Shown here: positions 58,244-64,000 of the stretch, in pieces
How positions within the stretch are numbered: the stretch's first letter is position 1
Layout: each line of letters begins with the position of its first letter
Origin: Clostridia bacterium
GTDB lineage: Bacteria; Bacillota; Clostridia; TANB77; CAG-508
Direction of reading: 5' to 3'
Length of the DNA stretch: 64,000 nt
Assembly (NCBI GenBank): GCA_045643205.1
Contig: JAZUKI010000005.1
Location: 5,597 to 69,596, forward strand
Made by a program: the position numbers and the translations under genes
Notes under the pieces: model-generated
Told to the model about the DNA's origin: nothing
Seen by the model: the letters and a program-made list of their open reading frames with translations, nothing else
Databases searched by the model: none

Positions 58244-59926
58244 TTATTTAAATCTTCTTCCGCTTCCTCTACGTTTTGTTTTCTTATCTTTTAATCCGTC
58301 TGCGATTTCTTCTTGCATTTCATCTACTTCATATCTTTTTTTAAGTTCATCAGCCTCGCCATTTAATCTAGCATTTAACATATGTTCTGAAACTGTTCCT
58401 TCTGGTAAATCAGTATCATCAAATCCGTTGTAATCTTCATCAGGATTATATTCTTGATGTAATGTGTTATATCCAGCTCCTCCAAATCTCTTCTCATCAT
58501 CTTCATCTTGATCATCTAAAAATTCTTCATCTCTACTTAGATAATCATAATTTGACTCGCTTGAATCTTCAGTAGTTGGTCCTACTATTCCAATGCTTTC
58601 AGTTTCATGTCCTATATCAGCATCAAATCCATTATCGCCATTAAATAATTTATCATCTTCATCAGTACTATTAACTTTTGCAGAAGTTGTTTTTACTTTT
58701 TTCTTTTGAATATGGTTAACTATTAATAACACAATTAAAGTAAGTACTAATGCACCAATAACTGAAGCTCCAATAATAATTATTAATTTTATGTTTAATC
58801 CTCCTGAAGTCTTTGTTTCTTCAACTGCTTTTTCTTCAACTGCTCCTGCTTTTGTTACTTTAATCATATATGTTGTAGTAATTTTATCATCTTCTTTTGA
58901 TGTTAATTTAATTAAAATTGTGTTATCACCTGGTTTTAAATCTGTGTTTCCTGTAATTTCAACATCAATTTTATCTTTAAACTTTTCTTCAATTTCGTAT
59001 GTAATATTTAATTCTTTTGTAGTTTCATCTACATTCATTGTATATTCAAATACATCTGGTTTAAATTCTTCATTAAGCTTTGCTAAAATTTCTTTTTTAT
59101 CTTCTTCTCTTAGCTTTGTTATACTGAAAGTTTTTAATCTTAAATCTGATTGATTAGCTTTGATAACTTTTGCAAATTTAATTCTATATGCTAAAACTTT
59201 TCCGTTTTCTGCTGTGCAGTTAACAACGATTTCGTTTTCGCCTTCTTTAACATCAAATTCTCCAGTTCCTGAAACTTTTGCTTTTGAGTCCATTGCACTA
59301 GCTGAAACATTAATAGATGTCAACTCGCTCATATCATAATCTTCTGGGAACTCTAATGTGTAATCTTGGTTGTATGCACTAAAGTTTGGTTTTAATGTAC
59401 CAACACTTGTTGATAATTTATTTAAATGATATTCACCACTTTTATCAAATTCCGGAGATTTTTGTGTTGGTTCTACTGTTGTATTTTGTGGAGTATTTCC
59501 TGTATTACCATTGTTTTTATCTGGATCTTGATCTGGTTTTGGTTCTGGCTTAGGATCTTCTTTTTTAGTAGCTGCAATTGTTACTGATTTACTTGTAACT
59601 CCTGTAACATCTTCTCCTGCTGAGTCTGACATTCCTGCTGTTGGAGATACTGTAACAGTTGATGCTTTTGTTGGATCAGCTAAAGTTATTGTAACTGTTT
59701 GTGAATTATTTTCAAGCCATACTGATTGTGAACTTGAAGTACCATTTGATACAGAAATATTTACTCTTCCTGTTAAATCATTTCCTTTTATTGTTACTGT
59801 TGTTCCTGATGCAGAAACTGATAAACTACTTGAACTAGAAGCAAATAGTTTGTTTGGTATTAATAATGTTGTTATTAATACTAAAGAAACAATAATTAAT
59901 TTTATATTCTTTATTATTTTTTTCAT
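58244..59926 (-). CDS. type I membrane surface protein with two cadherin-like beta-sandwich repeats and an acidic cytoplasmic tail
   Basis: Signal peptide, a Ser/Thr-rich beta domain and a PEPKPD linker. Two repeats of the LxxLxxSxGxLxPxFxxxxxxY type follow, then a TM helix (IIIIGASVIGALVLTLIVLLIV), an Asp/Glu-rich tail and a basic tip. Confidence 0.7.
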   Translation of the reverse strand: MKKIIKNIKLIIVSLVLITTLLIPNKLFASSSSSLSVSASGTTVTIKGNDLTGRVNISVSNGTSSSQSVWLENNSQTVTITLADPTKASTVTVSPTAGMSDSAGEDVTGVTSKSVTIAATKKEDPKPEPKPDQDPDKNNGNTGNTPQNTTVEPTQKSPEFDKSGEYHLNKLSTSVGTLKPNFSAYNQDYTLEFPEDYDMSELTSINVSASAMDSKAKVSGTGEFDVKEGENEIVVNCTAENGKVLAYRIKFAKVIKANQSDLRLKTFSITKLREEDKKEILAKLNEEFKPDVFEYTMNVDETTKELNITYEIEEKFKDKIDVEITGNTDLKPGDNTILIKLTSKEDDKITTTYMIKVTKAGAVEEKAVEETKTSGGLNIKLIIIIGASVIGALVLTLIVLLIVNHIQKKKVKTTSAKVNSTDEDDKLFNGDNGFDADIGHETESIGIVGPTTEDSSESNYDYLSRDEEFLDDQDEDDEKRFGGAGYNTLHQEYNPDEDYNGFDDTDLPEGTVSEHMLNARLNGEADELKKRYEVDEMQEEIADGLKDKKTKRRGSGRRFK

Positions 59927-59941
59927 TTTTTACCTCTTAAT

Positions 59942-62074
59942 TTATAAATCTATATTTCCAGTACCCATTATAAAGTTTTTGATTTTTACATAATCAGTAG
60001 CTTTAATTTCTCCTGGAGTTGAAATAGATGCAGCTTTCTTTTGAATATCATTTAATGCATTTACTTCCATAATGTGATTTTTAATTTTTACGTAATCTGT
60101 TGCAAAAATTTCTCCATCACCATTTACATCACCTAATTTTATTACAGTATAAGTTGTATTGCCAATTGTAACTTTTGTTCCTGTGCCAATTTTTTTACTC
60201 TTATCTGTTATTGCTTTTCCTGATGAATCTTTAACACTTGCATTTGGATATTTATCTAAAATTTCTTTTAATGTTACATTTGGTTCTACTTTAAATTCTT
60301 TATCTGTGTTGTTTAATTCTCCAACTGCTGTTCCTTGTGATTTTACAAATACAGTTGCTTTCTTTACTACTTCTCCTGTTGCTTTGTTTCCATTTACATC
60401 AATTAAGTATGATCTTGCAACATATCCTGTAATACCTGTACCAGTAATTACTTTATCCCAATAGTATCCATCAATCATTGATGTCGCTATTGATAATCTT
60501 GTTAACTTTGTATCATTTGGTAATAATCTAATTACTTCTCCTGCATATCCTGCTGCTGATCTCATTCTTAAGCAGTCATCTACTTTTACTCTATAAATTG
60601 CTGCGTTAGTGTCTAAATATTTTCTTGAAATAAATCCTTTTGTTCCATCATTCATTATTACCCTGTCCCAAGTAACTCCGTTGTATGTATATCTTCCTGT
60701 GTTATCAACTCTTGTTACAATTTGTCCGTTTTGTAAAGTCTTTAAAACTTTTTCGTTTGTTCCAGGACCTGCTCTTAATGATACATCATTTCCAACTATT
60801 GCAACATCTTCATTGCAGTTTGTTACATCTGATGTTTCTTCCCAAGCTGATGAATCAAATTGAATGTATCCAACTTGACCGTTTGTTAAAATGATTCTAT
60901 GCCATCCATTATTATCTCTTTGTGTTGATATAACTATAGTTTTATCATTTTCTATTTTTGCTACAACACTTGAATTTATATCTGCTGAGGCTCTTACATT
61001 CCAGTTTGTATGTCCTGCTTTTAATTTAATATTCTTTGGTCCGTTTACTGATGTACTGCTTGGTTCTGTTGTTGCATAGTTTGGCATATTTAAGAATACT
61101 GGAATAACAAATGTTAATGAGTTGTTTAATATTCCTGTGTCTTTCAATTTGTTGTACATTGACATTGATTCTGAATGTGGTGCTTCAATATTTTGCATGT
61201 ATTGATGTGTTAATGTTCCACCTTTTGCTTCAACATCAAATTTATTTAAGTACATTGTATCTTGTTTGCAAGATAACCAGTCTGCGAATATTTTATCTAT
61301 TCCACCTTCAATACTCTTTTGCAATGTATCCCATCCATGAGATTTTGCATATGCTAGAGCATTTGAAATTATAGTGCTTGAACTATTTCCTGATGCATTT
61401 ATGTTGAATACGTTGTAGTATTTTTTTCCATCGCCACCATTCATGTTGATGGTTCCGCTTCCTTTCATGCCTTGCTCTTGAATTATTCTCGCAATTATAT
61501 AGTAAGGATTTGTATTTTTGTTCTTACATGCACTATTAATTGCTTTTGCATAATCAATGTTATCTAGGAATGATCCCTTTAATGCAGATAGAATTTGTTC
61601 ATCTGTAGATTGTGTATATGTTCCTATTTCTAAAAATTGAAGTAGGTATCCGTTGTCATATAACCATGGTCTTGGATCCATGTAGTATGCAATTGCTGCG
61701 TTTGATGGATGATACCATGAACCATTGTCGAATGTTTTGTATCCTAGAACTTCATCAATCCATTCACCTGTGTGATAGCTAATTAAAGAGTATGGTGAAC
61801 TTCCAGAGAATGAAGCTTCAGAAGTAATTGTTTGACTCCAATCAAGATCTGTGTACATGATTTTAAATACCCAGTTAGGATGTTCTTTTTTTAATGCATC
61901 AATTCTTTCTTTGTATCCTGGATATTTTGCAGAATCAAATTTGCTTGAATCATATACAGTTCTTGTAGAATCTGCTTCTACAACTTGCATATTAAATAAA
62001 ACACTAATTGTTGAAAATAAAAGTGTAAATAATATAATTACTGTTGTTATCTTATGTGCTTTTTTGTAAAACAT
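59942..62074 (-). CDS. secreted peptidoglycan hydrolase: GH73-like glucosaminidase, three SH3b repeats and a C-terminal dockerin-like module
   Basis: Signal/anchor MFYKKAHKITTVIILFTLLFSTISVLF. Glucosaminidase-like segment YYIIARIIQEQGMKG..YYNVFNINA. Three SH3b-like segments. The C-terminus reads GDVNGDGEIFATDYVKIKNHIM..STPGEIKATDYVKIKNFIMG. The start was set to ATG 62072-62074 after GGAGGAAAA. Confidence 0.75.
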   Translation of the reverse strand: MFYKKAHKITTVIILFTLLFSTISVLFNMQVVEADSTRTVYDSSKFDSAKYPGYKERIDALKKEHPNWVFKIMYTDLDWSQTITSEASFSGSSPYSLISYHTGEWIDEVLGYKTFDNGSWYHPSNAAIAYYMDPRPWLYDNGYLLQFLEIGTYTQSTDEQILSALKGSFLDNIDYAKAINSACKNKNTNPYYIIARIIQEQGMKGSGTINMNGGDGKKYYNVFNINASGNSSSTIISNALAYAKSHGWDTLQKSIEGGIDKIFADWLSCKQDTMYLNKFDVEAKGGTLTHQYMQNIEAPHSESMSMYNKLKDTGILNNSLTFVIPVFLNMPNYATTEPSSTSVNGPKNIKLKAGHTNWNVRASADINSSVVAKIENDKTIVISTQRDNNGWHRIILTNGQVGYIQFDSSAWEETSDVTNCNEDVAIVGNDVSLRAGPGTNEKVLKTLQNGQIVTRVDNTGRYTYNGVTWDRVIMNDGTKGFISRKYLDTNAAIYRVKVDDCLRMRSAAGYAGEVIRLLPNDTKLTRLSIATSMIDGYYWDKVITGTGITGYVARSYLIDVNGNKATGEVVKKATVFVKSQGTAVGELNNTDKEFKVEPNVTLKEILDKYPNASVKDSSGKAITDKSKKIGTGTKVTIGNTTYTVIKLGDVNGDGEIFATDYVKIKNHIMEVNALNDIQKKAASISTPGEIKATDYVKIKNFIMGTGNIDL

Positions 62075-62111
62075 TTTTCCTCCGTAAAATAATAACAAAT
62101 TTATCATAATT

Positions 62112-62146
62112 ATTTTAACATTATAATTATTAATATTCAAAGTCAA
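62112..62146 (-). promoter_or_regulatory. candidate promoter region of the wall hydrolase gene
   Basis: Overlapping options exist on the minus strand: TTGAAT-17-TAAAAT and TTGACT-17-TAATGT. Confidence 0.4.
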
Positions 62147-62196
62147 AACCTTTAAAATCGATGAATATATATTAATTTTTTGTAATATTCTTCCAT

Positions 62197-62290
62197 TTTT
62201 AGTTTACACAATTTTATGGTTTATTCTTCTTGAGATTTTAGTTTACAAAATTTAATATCTTTTAATATTTATTAATATTTTTAGTTTACA
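62197..62290. repeat. three dispersed copies of TTTTAGTTTACA at 39- and 43-bp spacing
   Basis: Exact 12-mers at 62197-62208, 62236-62247 and 62279-62290. They lie between the AbrB-like gene terminator and the hydrolase promoter. Confidence 0.85.
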
Positions 62291-62293
62291 TAG

Positions 62294-62332
62294 ACAACAA
62301 AAAAACTAGTCACTTAATAGTAACTAGTTTTT
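62294..62332 (-). terminator. rho-independent terminator after the AbrB-like gene
   Basis: Stem AAAAACTAGT/ACTAGTTTTT, followed by TTTGTTG on the minus strand. Confidence 0.75.
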
Positions 62333-62368
62333 ATTTCTCAATTTGTTTTTGACAAATGTTTATATTAT

Positions 62369-62614
62369 TTATTTTAATCTCTTTAATTCTTCTAGGCATT
62401 TCTCGCAAACGATTTTTCCCTTGTAATCAACAGTGTTTTTTGAGTTTCCACAGAAAGTGCAATCTGGTTCATATTTTTTAACTAAAATTGAATTGCCCTC
62501 AACGTGAATCTCTAATGGATCGTTTTGAGAAACATTTAATTTGTTTCTAATTTCCATAGGAATAACAATTCTTCCTAATCCATCAATCTTTCTTATTACG
62601 CCAGTAGCTTTCAT
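62369..62614 (-). CDS. AbrB/SpoVT-family DNA-binding protein with C-terminal Cys4 module
   Basis: MKATGVIRKIDGLGRIVIPMEIRNKLNV is a swapped-hairpin AbrB N-domain. The C-terminus reads CTFCG..x15..CEKC. The start was set to ATG 62612-62614 after CAGGAGG. The track start lies upstream of the predicted -10 box. Confidence 0.85.
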   Translation of the reverse strand: MKATGVIRKIDGLGRIVIPMEIRNKLNVSQNDPLEIHVEGNSILVKKYEPDCTFCGNSKNTVDYKGKIVCEKCLEELKRLK

Positions 62615-62645
62615 ACTAAACCTCCTGCTCTCTAAATATACTGAG

Positions 62646-62674
62646 ATTATAACATAATGTTTTTGGTAAATCAA
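62646..62674 (-). promoter_or_regulatory. sigma-A promoter of the AbrB-like gene
   Basis: The minus strand reads TTGATT, 17 nt, TATAAT, with a TG extended -10. Confidence 0.65.
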
Positions 62675-62761
62675 GGAAATTTAGAAAAAAATTGTCGAAT
62701 TTTGCCATTTTTTTTACTAATTTTTTACTGGTATTTTTTGCATGTTTTATATGTTTTTTGC

Positions 62762-63181
62762 TTATTTTGCTATATCTTCTACAATCTTTTTTAATACATC
62801 TTTTACATTTTCATATGTTAACATTTCTAATGCTTCATCTATGGTAAACCATTTAATTGCATCAACTTCTCCATGTTGTGGAATTTCTTTGCCATTTAGT
62901 TTTCTAGCTAAAAAGTAAATTACTCTTCTATTAACATTTTTATTAGTTACATATTCAATTTCATATCTTTTGTTTTCATCAATAAAAACATCTACATTTG
63001 TCTCTTCTTTTGTTTCTCTCTTTGCTGTCTCTACTTCTGTTTCTCCTTCTTCCATATGACCTTTAGGAAATCCCCAGTTACTATTGTTATCATAAATCAA
63101 TAATACTTTTTCATTTTCGATTATTATAGAGCCACATGAAATTTCTATTTTTTGTTCTTGTCTCTTTTCATTTCCTCCCAT
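62762..63181 (-). CDS. NUDIX hydrolase
   Basis: The Nudix box GFPKGHMEEGETEVETAKRETKEETN fits GX5EX7REUXEEXGU. Confidence 0.88.
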   Translation of the reverse strand: MGGNEKRQEQKIEISCGSIIIENEKVLLIYDNNSNWGFPKGHMEEGETEVETAKRETKEETNVDVFIDENKRYEIEYVTNKNVNRRVIYFLARKLNGKEIPQHGEVDAIKWFTIDEALEMLTYENVKDVLKKIVEDIAK

Positions 63182-63247
63182 AATTTTTCTCCTAACTTAT
63201 TCCTATGATAACACAACAATTTTATTATCTCAACCTAAAAACATCTA

Positions 63248-63284
63248 TAAAAAAAGAAATTATTTTATTGCTAAAATAATTTCT
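63248..63284 (-). terminator. rho-independent terminator after the acyltransferase-like gene
   Basis: 13-bp stem AGAAATTATTTTA/TAAAATAATTTCT with a 4-nt loop, followed by TTTTTTTAT on the minus strand. Confidence 0.8.
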
Positions 63285-63292
63285 CTTACTTT

Positions 63293-64000
63293 TTACATTA
63301 TATTTGTAGTTTCGCTCTTTCTTTTTCTCTTTTTCTTAGCATTTGGATCTTCTTGTTTTACCGGATGTTCTTCTAGTAATTCGGGTTTTTTCCAATATCT
63401 TTCCATTTGTCTAAATGTTGATGCATAATAATAACCATCGCAAATTCTTTCATCACCAACAAATGCAATTGATATTGTTTTTGATTGTTTTATTTCTTCA
63501 TCTTCATAAATGTATGATTTCTTTTTCTTGCCCATTGCAAAAAATAGTGATGTCGTTCCAAAGTTATATATATGGTGATAAATAGCATCAATTCCAATTG
63601 ATCCAACATTTGTTATAAATGCACTTGTATGAAATGGACTAGCTTCAATTATTGCTTTTGGTAATATTCCTCTTTTATCTAAACGTATTAATATCTTTAC
63701 AACTAATTTAAACAACCAAGTTGGTAATTTATCTAAGATGTTTGCTGTTTTATCTGTGCTATTTTCTGTTTCAACATTTTTATTATCCGCAATTATTTTT
63801 TGAAGTTTTTCAGAAACGTCAAAAACATTTTCGTTTCCTTTCCAATGAACTTTAATTGTTGTTTCTTCTCCTTCAATTGTTCTGCTTTTCTTGATTGAAA
63901 GTGATGTTGTTATTTCGTTTCTAGCATAAGTTCTGCCATTAATACAGAATCTGTTTAATTGTGGTCTTTCAGAGATTACTCTTATAACAGTTGCAAAAAC
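63293..64000 (-). CDS. CAT/E2-fold (2-oxoacid dehydrogenase acyltransferase catalytic-domain-like) protein, 5' end beyond the window
   Basis: By hand translation the frame stays open from 63715 to the window edge (..RVISERPQLNRFCINGRTYARNEITTSLSIKK..). The C-terminal segment SIAFVGDERICDGYYYASTF resembles the DHRxxDG / HHAVCDGFH active-site region. The track start at 63715 is an internal TTG. Confidence 0.6.
   Translation of the reverse strand, partial: VFATVIRVISERPQLNRFCINGRTYARNEITTSLSIKKSRTIEGEETTIKVHWKGNENVFDVSEKLQKIIADNKNVETENSTDKTANILDKLPTWLFKLVVKILIRLDKRGILPKAIIEASPFHTSAFITNVGSIGIDAIYHHIYNFGTTSLFFAMGKKKKSYIYEDEEIKQSKTISIAFVGDERICDGYYYASTFRQMERYWKKPELLEEHPVKQEDPNAKKKRKRKSETTNIM

Overview
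Visibly AT-rich Bacillota chromosomal segment. The GC content was not computed, and a Clostridia-like affiliation is only an inference from gene order, the AbrB-like regulator and the dockerin module. Every protein-coding gene I can support (about 62) lies on the minus strand. The only plus-strand gene is a tRNA-Leu(CAA).

Minus-strand transcription order, from high to low coordinates:
- CAT/E2-like acyltransferase fragment, NUDIX hydrolase, AbrB-like regulator
- GH73-SH3b-dockerin wall hydrolase and a membrane-anchored cadherin-like surface protein
- rpiA, GT4, GT2, metG and a transglutaminase-like protein
- a complete S10-spc-alpha ribosomal cluster: rpsJ through rplQ, including secY, adk, map, infA, rpmJ and rpoA, with no rpmD
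- ftsK, an orphan 483-aa gene, a beta-CASP RNase and a GH15 hydrolase
- a three-gene uncharacterised cassette, then radA and a membrane cyclophilin
- hrcA-grpE-dnaK-dnaJ with CIRCE elements
- sugar transferase, LCP protein, DUF3048 protein, pgi
- T-box-controlled thrS, GH13 amylase, rny, a DUF4190-like membrane protein and sufCBDS

Most of the window is housekeeping. I saw no transposase, integrase, CRISPR array or recognisable defence genes. Several core genes appear to start on TTG or GTG (sufB, grpE, hrcA, secY, rplQ, rpsE, probably rplV). Several ORF-track N-termini were shortened to internal starts that have Shine-Dalgarno (SD) sequences.

Most noteworthy observations:
1. An HExxH zincin-like gene, its catalytically degenerate paralogue and a small gene, wedged upstream of radA.
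2. A sigma-A promoter plus a roughly 235-nt GC-enriched leader with a terminator-like hairpin in front of rpsJ.
3. An atypical 343-bp structured spacer between rpmJ and rpsM.
4. A 92-residue Asp/Glu/Tyr tail on FtsK.
5. A dockerin-bearing autolysin next to a membrane-anchored surface protein.
6. Several short tandem repeats or duplications in intergenic spacers.

All functional calls rest on motif recognition by eye and on synteny. No database search was possible.
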